Shown here: in pieces, positions 1 through 8,952 of the stretch
Layout: each line of letters starts with the position of its first letter
Position numbering within the stretch: the first letter of the stretch is position 1
Source: a bacterium
GTDB taxonomy: Bacteria > Margulisbacteria > WOR-1 > O2-12-FULL-45-9 > XYB2-FULL-48-7
NCBI GenBank assembly: GCA_043812655.1
Contig: JBDRLW010000020.1
Coordinates: forward strand, 1-47,520
DNA length: 47,520 nt
Direction: 5' to 3'
Position numbers and translations under genes: made by a program
The notes under the pieces: model-generated
What the model was told of the DNA's origin: nothing
Seen by the model: only the letters and a program-made list of their open reading frames with translations
Databases searched by the model: none

Positions 1-1
1 A

Positions 2-1039
2 TTAGCCAAGATCACCGAATTAGGCTTCCGGTTCAACTCGGTCGTGTTCGAAGCCCAAAGGCTAATGCGGATCAGTCACATCAAGTTTGGTTACACCGAG
101 GAACGGACTTTGATCGACGATCTCTCGCTTGAGATCGGCAAGAACGACAGGATCTGCGTGATCGGCAAGAACGGGAAAGGGAAATCAACTCTTCTTCGCC
201 TTTTGGCCGGCGAACTAAAGCCGAATTCCGGCGAGATCAAGCGCCATCCCCTCTGCCAAATGGGTTATTTTGGCCAGACGAATATTGAGCGGTTGAATTC
301 CGACTTCACGATCGAGAAAGAATTTTCCGTTTTACGGCCCGATTTAAATTATACCGACATCCGCAAGACCTGCGGGGCGATGATGTTTAGCGGCGACCTG
401 GCCTTAAAAAAGATCAGTATCCTTTCCGGTGGTGAAAAGAGCCGCGTCTCGCTCGGCAAAATTCTCCTCTCCCCCACCAACATGCTCCTGCTTGATGAGC
501 CGACTAACCATTTGGACGTGGAATCGTGCGATTCGATGATCGCGGCCCTTGATGAATTTCCCGGCGCGGTCTTGATCGTTACTCACAGCGAGATGTTCCT
601 CCACCATTTGGCGACCAGGTTGATCGTCTTTAATGAGGACAAGGTTTTCGTCTTTGAAGGGACATACCAGGAATTTTTGGATCAGGTTGGCTGGGAACCG
701 GATGTTAAGAAGCAGAAGAAAGATAAAGCCGCCGCGGCAGCGCGCAAAGCCCAAGAAAAATTAGAAGCGGCTTATAACAAGAAACGGACTACGATCATCA
801 CCAGAACCACTGCCGTTGAAAAGATGATCGATGATGAAGAACTCGCCTTAGAAGCCGCCAATTTAAAACTCGCCGAATCGGCCGGCAAACTTAGCGGCGA
901 AGAGATCCAAAAGCTCCAGATCAAAGCGCATGGGCATCAGGAAGTACTTGATGCTGGTTATGCCGAGCTGGAAAAATTGATCGCGGAGTTGGATGGATTG
1001 GATAAAGAACGGGATGCAACAATAAACTCTAAGCACTAA
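2..1039 (+). CDS. ABC-F family ATPase, 5'-truncated by window edge (second ABC domain plus C-terminal coiled coil)
   Basis: Walker A GKNGKGKST, signature LSGGE, LLLDEPTNHLD typical of ABC-F; no TM segments; frame open back to base 2. Confidence 0.92.
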   Translation, partial: LAKITELGFRFNSVVFEAQRLMRISHIKFGYTEERTLIDDLSLEIGKNDRICVIGKNGKGKSTLLRLLAGELKPNSGEIKRHPLCQMGYFGQTNIERLNSDFTIEKEFSVLRPDLNYTDIRKTCGAMMFSGDLALKKISILSGGEKSRVSLGKILLSPTNMLLLDEPTNHLDVESCDSMIAALDEFPGAVLIVTHSEMFLHHLATRLIVFNEDKVFVFEGTYQEFLDQVGWEPDVKKQKKDKAAAAARKAQEKLEAAYNKKRTTIITRTTAVEKMIDDEELALEAANLKLAESAGKLSGEEIQKLQIKAHGHQEVLDAGYAELEKLIAELDGLDKERDATINSKH

Positions 1040-1246
1040 ATTCTAAATGGCTCGACAGAGCCCTTCGATATACTCAGGGCGCCGAGCAACGTCGAGGCGC
1101 TCGCCATCCCGAGTTCAATCGAGGGATTCTAAATAATACCAAATGACTAATTACCATAAATACAAACAGAAGAGTCATTGCTTTTAATCATTTGAGTTTT
1201 GGTAATTTGAATTTATTTAGGATTTAGAACTTAGGATTTAGGATTT
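1024..1246. repeat. Heptamer-repeat inverted (MITE-like) element with nested palindromic elements
   Basis: Left arm AAACTCT AAGCACT AAATTCT AAAT..., right arm ...TTTAGGA TTTAGAA CTTAGGA TTTAGGA TTT (imperfect reverse complement); hairpin doublets inserted at 1049-1125. Confidence 0.75.
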
Positions 1247-1299
1247 CTTCTCTCCTCACCCATTCTTCGTCACTCCCCCTCTTGGTTGCAGTTTTACCA

Positions 1300-1479
1300 A
1301 TGAAAAACTTGCACAGCTTGTGCAAGAAATTGGCTTCCATTAAAGAAGAAAAAGACAAGCAAGGTAAAATAAAGCACATTACAGTCACTTCATATCATTG
1401 CGAAGAATGCAATTCGTTCATCAGAAGTGAGGAGGCAAATGATCGTATCGGATCACTTCTTGACTTTGTTTCCTCGTAG
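1300..1479 (+). CDS. Small hypothetical protein, possible Zn-ribbon remnant
   Basis: Short ORF with HCEEC; no clear RBS; may be a fragment. Confidence 0.3.
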   Translation: MKNLHSLCKKLASIKEEKDKQGKIKHITVTSYHCEECNSFIRSEEANDRIGSLLDFVSS

Positions 1480-1531
1480 ATCCTTCCAATTGTTTGGGTG
1501 TTGAATAGGAAGGAGGCTTAAAAGGCAAAGC

Positions 1532-3838
1532 TTACTTCACAGCATACAAATTCTTTTGGAAGTTAAAATATATCATCCGAATATTTTTAACGTCCCCAAG
1601 AATTCTTACTGCATCTGAAACGGCATGATATTTTAAATTGAGTAAATCGGGTAATTTCTCCTCGTCAAGCTCTTCAACCCCAACCTCAACATATTTAGAT
1701 AGGACAAAAGATAAAAACTCCCTTTGTTTAGCCTCTAATTCCTTAAAAAACGTGTTTTCGACTTCCGCTGCCCTTTCCTTCCGCGGAATAGGGGGAATGG
1801 CAAAAGAAACATAAGCCAACACATCAAAAAGATCACTATTTTCAGCATCAATCATTTTTTGCAAGAGCTTCAATTTTTCCTTGTCATAACCAAGTTCAGA
1901 TATTTTTTCTAAAAAGGCTTTTCTGGTGGTGGGATTTGACCAGATCGCCCGCAGCTCCGCCTCACTCTTAAAAAACGCCGGCAGGGCCCCGAACATGTTT
2001 TGCAGGAATTCTTCCGCCGAGATCGGTTTCCCGTCCGCGCTCCAAAAAGAAGTGGCCACCATATGCTGGATTTCCCGTTCTTTGCCATCACGGAGTTTGA
2101 TTTTGAGCTTTTTCATCGGTTCACGTGGAGGTTCCGAATTACTAAGGATCTTTTCCTTTGGCTTTTTAGGTGTTTTAGGTTCATCTGGCGTCTCGGTTAT
2201 GTCAATTATCGGCTCCCCATCCCAGTCCGGGTCAAGAAAGTGTTTATAGGCATCAACAAAATCAAGGATAGTAAAATATTCTTTGCCGTCAAACAGCCTG
2301 GTTCCACGACCGATAATTTGTTTAAACTCAATTATGGAATTGATCGGGCGCATCAGCACGATATTGCGGATATTGCGGGCATCAACGCCAGTAGAGAGTT
2401 TTTGTGAGGTCGTTAAAATTGTCGGGATCGTCTTTTCGTTGTCTTGGAAGTCTCGCAAAAATTGTTCGCCGCGGGCGCCTTCATTGGCCGTCACCCGCAC
2501 ACAATAATTTGGATCGGTTCCTTCCTTGTATTGATTGACTAAATCGCGCACAGCCAAGGCATGAGCCTGGGTAGCACAGAAAATAATTGTCTTTTCACTT
2601 TGATTGATTTCACTAAGCACAATTTTAACTCGTTTTGCTTCCCTCTCTTTAATCTCGATTATCCTATTAAAATCATCTTCATCATAGATTCTCCCCTCTT
2701 CAACCTCGCCTTCAATAATCTGGTCATCGGAAGTATAGATATATTCATCAAGAGTAGTTTTGATCCGTTTGATCTTAAAGGGAGTCAAAAAACCGTCATT
2801 GATCCCCTCTTTCAACGAATAAATATAGACTGGCTCTCCGAAGTAACGGTAGGTATTGATATTATCCGTTCTTTTCGGGGTAGCAGTTAAACCGAGTTGG
2901 ACGGCTGGAGAAAAATATTCCAAAATCCCCCGCCAATTCGATTCATCATTGGCACCACCACGATGGCACTCATCAATAACGATGAAATCAAAAAAGTCAG
3001 CAGGATAATCTCCAAAATACGGCGTATTATTCGGCCCGCTCATAAAGGTTTGAAAGATCGTAAAAAAGACGCTGCCATTAGTCGGGACATGCCCTCGCTT
3101 CCGGATTTCCGCTGGGTTGATACGAATAAGCGCTTCTTCGGGAAAAGCTGAAAAGGCATTAAAAGCTTGATCGGCCAGGATATTACGATCAGCTAAATAA
3201 AGAATCCTTGGCCGGCGGCTCCCGTCGCGCCGGAGGTTCCATCTTGTCTGGAATAGTTTCCACGCCACCTGGAAAGCGATATAGGTTTTACCAGTCCCTG
3301 TCGCCAGGGTTAAGAGGATCCGTTGTTTGCCGGCCGCTATGGCATCAACGGTTTTATTGACAGAGATCTCTTGATAATAGCGCGCGACTTTGGTCCCATT
3401 CAAATCTTCAAAAGGAACCGCCGCAAACTTTGCCTGCCATTCGCTATAACTGGAATTTATTTTATTCCAGAGCTCTTCTGGGGTCGGAAACCGGTCAATT
3501 GGCCCTTCCCTGCCGATCGTCATCGGCATTTCATAAATTTCGCGGCCGTTAGTTGAATAAGCGTAATCAAGCTTCAACTTTTGGGCATAGGATTTAGCCT
3601 GGGCCGCCCCTTCAGTGACCGGAGAGCTCTCTTGCTTGGCTTCAATCACTGCTAATTTCTGGTTTTTGTAGACAAGAATGTAATCGGCAATCTCGGGTTT
3701 GCCGCGCAAGCCGCCGAGTTGGATCTTTCCATCGGTGAACCGATATTCGCGCAAAATTCTTGACCCTTCGACCTCACCCCATCCGCTCTCTTTAAGCTTG
3801 GGGTCAATATATTCAGCTCGTGTTTCTGCTTCGTTCAT
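1532..3838 (-). CDS. hsdR: Type I restriction endonuclease subunit R (EcoEI/EcoAI-like)
   Basis: N-terminal ADY...IEAK nuclease motif, ATGTGKT Walker A, DECHR, TATP, QIIGRGTR, EcoEI-type C-terminal domain. Confidence 0.95.
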   Translation of the reverse strand: MNEAETRAEYIDPKLKESGWGEVEGSRILREYRFTDGKIQLGGLRGKPEIADYILVYKNQKLAVIEAKQESSPVTEGAAQAKSYAQKLKLDYAYSTNGREIYEMPMTIGREGPIDRFPTPEELWNKINSSYSEWQAKFAAVPFEDLNGTKVARYYQEISVNKTVDAIAAGKQRILLTLATGTGKTYIAFQVAWKLFQTRWNLRRDGSRRPRILYLADRNILADQAFNAFSAFPEEALIRINPAEIRKRGHVPTNGSVFFTIFQTFMSGPNNTPYFGDYPADFFDFIVIDECHRGGANDESNWRGILEYFSPAVQLGLTATPKRTDNINTYRYFGEPVYIYSLKEGINDGFLTPFKIKRIKTTLDEYIYTSDDQIIEGEVEEGRIYDEDDFNRIIEIKEREAKRVKIVLSEINQSEKTIIFCATQAHALAVRDLVNQYKEGTDPNYCVRVTANEGARGEQFLRDFQDNEKTIPTILTTSQKLSTGVDARNIRNIVLMRPINSIIEFKQIIGRGTRLFDGKEYFTILDFVDAYKHFLDPDWDGEPIIDITETPDEPKTPKKPKEKILSNSEPPREPMKKLKIKLRDGKEREIQHMVATSFWSADGKPISAEEFLQNMFGALPAFFKSEAELRAIWSNPTTRKAFLEKISELGYDKEKLKLLQKMIDAENSDLFDVLAYVSFAIPPIPRKERAAEVENTFFKELEAKQREFLSFVLSKYVEVGVEELDEEKLPDLLNLKYHAVSDAVRILGDVKNIRMIYFNFQKNLYAVK

Positions 3839-3845
3839 AGATTAC

Positions 3846-5189
3846 TCAACTTACAAATAATTGCTTGATTTTATCAGTTCCATAATAAAAAATATTCCTA
3901 CCTTGTTTGTTAGAAGTCAGAAAACTTTTATTTACTAGGTCATTAAGGTCTTTACTTGCAGTCATGCGCGTTACCTGATTGATATTCATATGCGTTTTTA
4001 AGGTCGTGTATTCATCCGGGGCGTTATGCAAATACTGGAGCAACTGTACCTGCCGGATATTAAGAGCATATTGCACTTCAGACTTATTCTTCATTTGAAC
4101 ATTTTTCCCAGATTGTTCTTCCAGGTACTTTTCAAATTCCTTAACCGCCATTTTGATCCTTTTCAGATTATAATCTATGAAGTAGGTTAGATCATTGTCG
4201 TCCTGCTCGCTGTAAACATACGCCATTATGTATTGTTTGTGAGCTTTTTTTATTATTTTCGAAATAGGCAGGTAAATGAAGGCCCAATACCCCTTATTCA
4301 CAAGATACCAATAGAACAATAGCCGCGCCAGGCGTCCGTTGCCATCCGTAAAAGGATGCAGATAACCCAGCCAAAAATGGAGCATTATCGCTTTGATCAC
4401 GGGATGGATAAAACCATTCCCGCTATTTTCGTCATTCGCAAATTTTATCAGTTTTTCTAATTCGGTTTTTACAAATTCGATATCCGGTGCTTCATGATAA
4501 ATAATTCCCTGGATATCGTCATTTACAAAGATTGGCTCACCGGACTTTCTCATTCGAGGTGTTTCCCCTGCCGAATCAAATGTATTTTTAGTTGTCATGG
4601 CATGAAGTTCCAGCAGTAGGGCCATACTCATTGGCTTCTTTTTATAATTTTCTTCTATTGCTTTCATGGAATTATAATTATTCACTATCATCTGTTCAGA
4701 TTTATTGGTTGGCGTTCTTCCCTCTCTCAATATTTTCTTGGCTTCCAATCGGCTGGTAGCCGCGCCTTCCAATTGTGAGGAAGCGATCGCCTCCTCCATT
4801 ATTCCGCGGGATATCAGCTTCTGTTTATTAGTTTTGTCGATTTTATCTTTTTCGACAAACATCTCTCCTCCGGTATTCATATCCAGTTCATGGAAGAATT
4901 CCTCAAAATAATCCAGTTTTGACCAGGTAAAAGCATTGCCCTTTTCATCGCTGATCACGGTTTCTATTGCCTTCGATTCCCGGATAAGCTTAACAATTGT
5001 CCACAGTTCTTCTTTGGATATCCCCTTCGGAGATGGCTCCTTATAGCGTAGCTCATCCCAGTATAAGTATTCCGAGCCGGTTCTTTTCAAAAAATCAAAG
5101 ATTTCCGATTTTTTATTACCGATGATCGCCTTAATCGCCTGTGTCCGGTTTATTTTTGCTGTATCCAGCTTTTCTAATTTATATTTCAT
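3846..5189 (-). CDS. Fic family protein with C-terminal winged-HTH
   Basis: Canonical HPFTDGNGRLAR Fic motif, SSQLEG autoinhibitory (S/T)xxxE(G/N) motif, C-terminal TRMTASKDLNDLV HTH; SD-like AGGGGG upstream. Confidence 0.92.
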   Translation of the reverse strand: MKYKLEKLDTAKINRTQAIKAIIGNKKSEIFDFLKRTGSEYLYWDELRYKEPSPKGISKEELWTIVKLIRESKAIETVISDEKGNAFTWSKLDYFEEFFHELDMNTGGEMFVEKDKIDKTNKQKLISRGIMEEAIASSQLEGAATSRLEAKKILREGRTPTNKSEQMIVNNYNSMKAIEENYKKKPMSMALLLELHAMTTKNTFDSAGETPRMRKSGEPIFVNDDIQGIIYHEAPDIEFVKTELEKLIKFANDENSGNGFIHPVIKAIMLHFWLGYLHPFTDGNGRLARLLFYWYLVNKGYWAFIYLPISKIIKKAHKQYIMAYVYSEQDDNDLTYFIDYNLKRIKMAVKEFEKYLEEQSGKNVQMKNKSEVQYALNIRQVQLLQYLHNAPDEYTTLKTHMNINQVTRMTASKDLNDLVNKSFLTSNKQGRNIFYYGTDKIKQLFVS

Positions 5190-5206
5190 ATCAACCCCCT
5201 AAAATA

Positions 5207-5568
5207 TATATGCATAATTATACATATAGTATACATATTTTATACATATTGTCAACCAGCCACCATAAATACGTGCCAGCTATTTTTTAGCGTTATAACG
5301 CTATTTTATTTGAGTTATATGCATAATTATACATATACTATACCTATTTTATACCTATTTTTTAAAGACCTCAAATTCAACGCCCTTAACGATAATCACT
5401 AATGTGCCAGGCTATACCACAAACATATCTTTCTAGTATATTATAATATACTAGAAACACACGGCTATCATTTTTTGCCTGTTTTAAGCTGTATTCTATG
5501 CTGGTTTCTTGTATTAAACTAGCCCAATAGGTATATTTATACCAATACTATACCTATTTTATACCTAT
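5207..5568. repeat. Three copies of a ~44-bp repeat built from 11-bp TATAC(A/C)TAT units, plus two perfect palindromes
   Basis: Copies at 5207-5250, 5316-5359 (41/44 identical) and 5526-5568; palindromes TAGCGTTATAACGCTA (5288-5303) and TTTCTAGTATATTATAATATACTAGAAA (5430-5457). Confidence 0.85.
5228..5255 (-). promoter_or_regulatory. Sigma70-type promoter of fic-hsdR
   Basis: TTGACA-16 bp-TATACT on the minus strand, overlapped by the first 44-bp repeat. Confidence 0.65.
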
Positions 5569-5622
5569 CACCGGTCACCAAGGGCTCGAATTCGATACTA
5601 TTACATCGCTAAGCGGTCCCTT

Positions 5623-5654
5623 CATTTGACATTTGTCATTGGACATTTGACATT
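5623..5654. repeat. Heptamer tandem repeat (STRR2-like)
   Basis: CATTTGA CATTTGT CATTGGA CATTTGA CATT immediately after the hsdS stop. Confidence 0.8.
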
Positions 5655-6874
5655 CACAACTCCCCAGAAAACGCCTTCTTAAGCACCGATTTTTTCAGCT
5701 CTTCCAGATCAGCCAGCTTTTTTTGATAGATCGCTTCCAGCTTTTTCGTTTCCCCCGCCAGCGCATTGAGCTTTTTGACGATGGCTTTTTGTTCCGTAAT
5801 TGATTTTGGGATAAAAATATGGTGCTTTTCTATTTTTTCAATAGTTAAAGCACTATATGCAGAGCCCTTAGATATTTTTTTTATCTGTTCAACAAATGAC
5901 ATTAAAACATATTTTAAAAAGTAAGGGTCAATAGCATGAAAGTCTTTAAACCAAAGAATATTCCCATCCTTAAAATAAAACTCTTCATCCTTTTTCACCA
6001 CATAGATTTCCCCTATAGTCCCAACGGCTGTCATAAGGACATCTCCTTCCGCAGGAACGCCAAAGACATCTCTTATCTCTTTATACCTGATCTTAGAAAT
6101 AAATAATTCTAGCGAAATCTCTTTATCATGAGCAAGCTCTTTTATTTCTTTAATTCTATAAAAAGGGACGCCATCTTTAACGTATTCCTTCTTATAAATT
6201 CTTTTACTGGATGTTATTTTCCCAATTTCTTCGAGACTTTTCTCCTCCCACCCCTCTCCCGGATTAGCAAATATATCCTGCAAATACGATTCAAAAAGCT
6301 CGCGAGAGTTTTTTAGATTTTTTCCGGCGTTCTGTTTTGCTTTTTCAATGCCGGCAAAGAGTTTGTCTAATTTCTTTACGATGTAATTTTGTTCAAAAAT
6401 GGATTTGGGGAAAAATATTTCAATTTCTTTCAGTTTTTCCTTGTTTAAGGTTTTTCCTTTTATTTTGACATCACCTTTTACGGCGCCATGCCAATCATAA
6501 TAACTTAGATAATGATATAAATAGTCTTTTGATATTTCATTATCATTTTTAATATTTAGGGCAGCAATAGCTTCATTTGTGTACAATTCCTTCCCAGCAA
6601 AGGCAAGTCTGCCCAGGGTCAATTTAAAACTAGCAAGGAGAGTGCCTTTTCTAACTATTTTTGATAATTCGGCCCCTTTATCGGAAAGGTATTCTTTGCT
6701 ATCTAAAACGACATTCCCTTCTGTGTTTAAAAGATCGGCAATAGACAACCAAACATTTTTAGTTTGTCTTTCTGTATCCCAATATTTTATATTTCCTCGA
6801 TATGGTGTTTTACCAATCTCAATACGACATAGATCGCCAAGCTTTTTTGTTTGCCAGTTATTTTTCATGAGCAT
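5654..6874 (-). CDS. hsdS: Type I R-M specificity subunit S
   Basis: Two TRDs each followed by conserved P..EQ..IV.KL helices; ends KKSVLKKAFSGEL. Confidence 0.93.
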   Translation of the reverse strand: MLMKNNWQTKKLGDLCRIEIGKTPYRGNIKYWDTERQTKNVWLSIADLLNTEGNVVLDSKEYLSDKGAELSKIVRKGTLLASFKLTLGRLAFAGKELYTNEAIAALNIKNDNEISKDYLYHYLSYYDWHGAVKGDVKIKGKTLNKEKLKEIEIFFPKSIFEQNYIVKKLDKLFAGIEKAKQNAGKNLKNSRELFESYLQDIFANPGEGWEEKSLEEIGKITSSKRIYKKEYVKDGVPFYRIKEIKELAHDKEISLELFISKIRYKEIRDVFGVPAEGDVLMTAVGTIGEIYVVKKDEEFYFKDGNILWFKDFHAIDPYFLKYVLMSFVEQIKKISKGSAYSALTIEKIEKHHIFIPKSITEQKAIVKKLNALAGETKKLEAIYQKKLADLEELKKSVLKKAFSGEL

Positions 6875-6875
6875 T

Positions 6876-7427
6876 TCAACTAGTTATTTTAGGCAACTTT
6901 TTCGGTTTTTTTATTTTATTTTTAACAATAAGACCTCTAATAATATGTGCGGTCAACTTGTTTGCGTTGAATTGATAACCGGTTCCGCCCTTAACTGGGC
7001 CAACATAGATTTCAGCGCCAAAATAATCGCCGATTGCATCTGCATCAACAGTAAATTCGTGAACATAATCTTTCGGTGTTTCCTTTCTCATATTGTACTT
7101 TTCTTGCGCATCTTTTTGATTTTTGGGTTCTTCAAGGCCAAAAAAGTATTTTTTTTCACTAAAAGGGTTTGCCCCATCACTATCTTGAGGCCAAAAATGA
7201 TCGCCATCAACTCGATAAAATGGGCCATAACTACCACCTGGGATTAGAGGCAAGGCAAGATACCAATCAAAACAAGTAGCAAATATATCGGAAGGTTGGG
7301 GATCTAGGCGGGGATTGAATTGAGGGTTCAATTCAATTTCGCGCAATTGAGATGCTGGTATATTTTTCAATAAATTGAGAAGTTTCTTAAAGCGCTCGAC
7401 AAATTCCTTCTGATTAGTCGTTAACAT
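6876..7427 (-). CDS. Hypothetical protein, possible TNT/ART-like NAD-consuming domain
   Basis: Intact 183-aa ORF tightly packed between hsdM and hsdS; FYRV...YVHEFTV...IYVGPVKGGTGYQF pattern; function is inference. Confidence 0.6.
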   Translation of the reverse strand: MLTTNQKEFVERFKKLLNLLKNIPASQLREIELNPQFNPRLDPQPSDIFATCFDWYLALPLIPGGSYGPFYRVDGDHFWPQDSDGANPFSEKKYFFGLEEPKNQKDAQEKYNMRKETPKDYVHEFTVDADAIGDYFGAEIYVGPVKGGTGYQFNANKLTAHIIRGLIVKNKIKKPKKLPKITS

Positions 7428-7432
7428 CTGGC

Positions 7433-8887
7433 CTATAGACTCCTAATAATATTACTCAATATCTTTTTGCTTTCCTCATCTAACCCCCTCATCTCCTCCA
7501 ATATCTCCTTCGGCTCACGCAACACCACTTCCCCACCTTTATTCGGATTCTTCACCGACAGATCGAAGGTCTTTTGATCGATATCTTTCACGCTTACTGA
7601 CCACGAGTTCGCCGATTTCGCCTTGGTCTTTTGCAGTTTTAGGAAATCCGCCAGGTCTTTCTCGTTGAGAGGATTCGTCTTGCCTAGGTTCCGATCCAGA
7701 TTAAGCTGGTAATACCAGGCCTTTTTGGTCGGAACCCCCTTTTCAAAGAACAAAACAACCGTCTTGACCCCAGCCCCTGTAAATGTCCCACCCGGCAAAT
7801 CAAGCACCGTATGGAGATTGCAGCTTTCAAGAAGCAGCTTGCGCAGTGAAACGGAGGCATTATCGGTATTAGATAGAAAAGTGTTCTTAATCACAATGCC
7901 CGCCTTGCCACCCGCTTTCAATATCTTGATAAAATGCTGGAGAAAAAGAAAGGCGGTCTCCCCCGTTTTGATCGGAAAATTATGCTGGACCTCGCCTCGC
8001 TCTTTTCCCCCAAACGGCGGATTGGCCAGGACAATGTCATAACGATCTTTTTCTTGAATATCGGCGAGATTCTCGGCCAGCGTATTGGTGTGAATAATAT
8101 TGGGCGCTTCGATACCGTGCAGGATCATGTTCATAATGCCGATAATATAAGCCAGCGATTTCTTTTCCTTGCCATAAAAGGTCTTTTCCTGGAGCTTCTC
8201 CATATCTTTAGTCGAGAGGTCTTTGCTCTCCTTGAGATATTCAAACGCCTCAACTAAGAAACCTGCCGACCCAACGGCACCGTCATAAATTTTATCGCCA
8301 ATTTTCGGAGCCACAACTTTAACAATGGTTTTGATCAGCGGACGAGGAGTATAATATTCGCCGCCGTTCCGACCGGCATTCCCCATGTTCTTGATCTTGC
8401 CTTCATAAAGATGCGAAAGCTCATGCTTTTCTTTCTGGGAGCGGAAATGCATCCCATCGACAATATTTAATATTTCACGGAGATTGTAGCCGCTTTGGAT
8501 CTTGTTTTTGAGTTCGTTGAATATTTCTCCAACTTTATACCCAATGGTATCGGGGCTGTCAGCGTCTGCTTTAAACTTCTTTAGATAAGGAAAAAGCTTG
8601 TGATCGACAAAATCCTTTAAGTCGTCACCCGAGAGGGCGATATTGTGATTTATTTTGCCATCGGCAGTTTTGGGCGCCGCCCAGACTTCCCAACGATACT
8701 TTGGATCGATAATAAAATCGTATTTTTTACCCGCCAGTTCGGCCTCTGTCTTCTTGTCTTTCTCCAGGTCATCAAGATATTTTAAAAAGAGAATCCACGA
8801 AGTTTGCTCAATATAATCCAGCTCACTGCTAGCCCCAGCGTCTTTCCTGAGGATATTGTCGATATTTTTGAATGACTGTTCGAACAT
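7433..8887 (-). CDS. hsdM: Type I R-M N6-adenine methyltransferase subunit M
   Basis: GEYYTPR, YDGAVGSAGFL SAM-binding motif I, NPPF motif IV. Confidence 0.95.
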   Translation of the reverse strand: MFEQSFKNIDNILRKDAGASSELDYIEQTSWILFLKYLDDLEKDKKTEAELAGKKYDFIIDPKYRWEVWAAPKTADGKINHNIALSGDDLKDFVDHKLFPYLKKFKADADSPDTIGYKVGEIFNELKNKIQSGYNLREILNIVDGMHFRSQKEKHELSHLYEGKIKNMGNAGRNGGEYYTPRPLIKTIVKVVAPKIGDKIYDGAVGSAGFLVEAFEYLKESKDLSTKDMEKLQEKTFYGKEKKSLAYIIGIMNMILHGIEAPNIIHTNTLAENLADIQEKDRYDIVLANPPFGGKERGEVQHNFPIKTGETAFLFLQHFIKILKAGGKAGIVIKNTFLSNTDNASVSLRKLLLESCNLHTVLDLPGGTFTGAGVKTVVLFFEKGVPTKKAWYYQLNLDRNLGKTNPLNEKDLADFLKLQKTKAKSANSWSVSVKDIDQKTFDLSVKNPNKGGEVVLREPKEILEEMRGLDEESKKILSNIIRSL

Positions 8888-8952
8888 TGTAAAATTTTAG
8901 CTTGTTTGAACTTATTTTTCAAATTATATCAATAAAAATTTACAGTGGTAAG

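Noticed and set aside
5207..5234. dif/Xer site (GCATAAT resembles the XerC arm)
   Set aside because: No TTATGTTAAAT-like XerD arm at the right spacing
5207..5568. CRISPR array
   Set aside because: Only three degenerate AT-rich copies, unequal spacers (65 and 166 bp), internal 11-bp periodicity, no cas genes
5654..6874. Phase-variable hsdS shufflon
   Set aside because: Single hsdS, no silent TRD copies, no recombinase and no flanking inverted repeats seen
6579..7247. 222-aa plus-strand ORF and other long antisense ORFs (e.g. 33841-34509, 45116-45673, 23691-24185, 27552-28043)
   Set aside because: Shadow ORFs opposite well-supported genes, with no recognisable motifs
1532..8887. att sites or integrase bounding the R-M island
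   Set aside because: No convincing direct repeat, tRNA or recombinase found by eye
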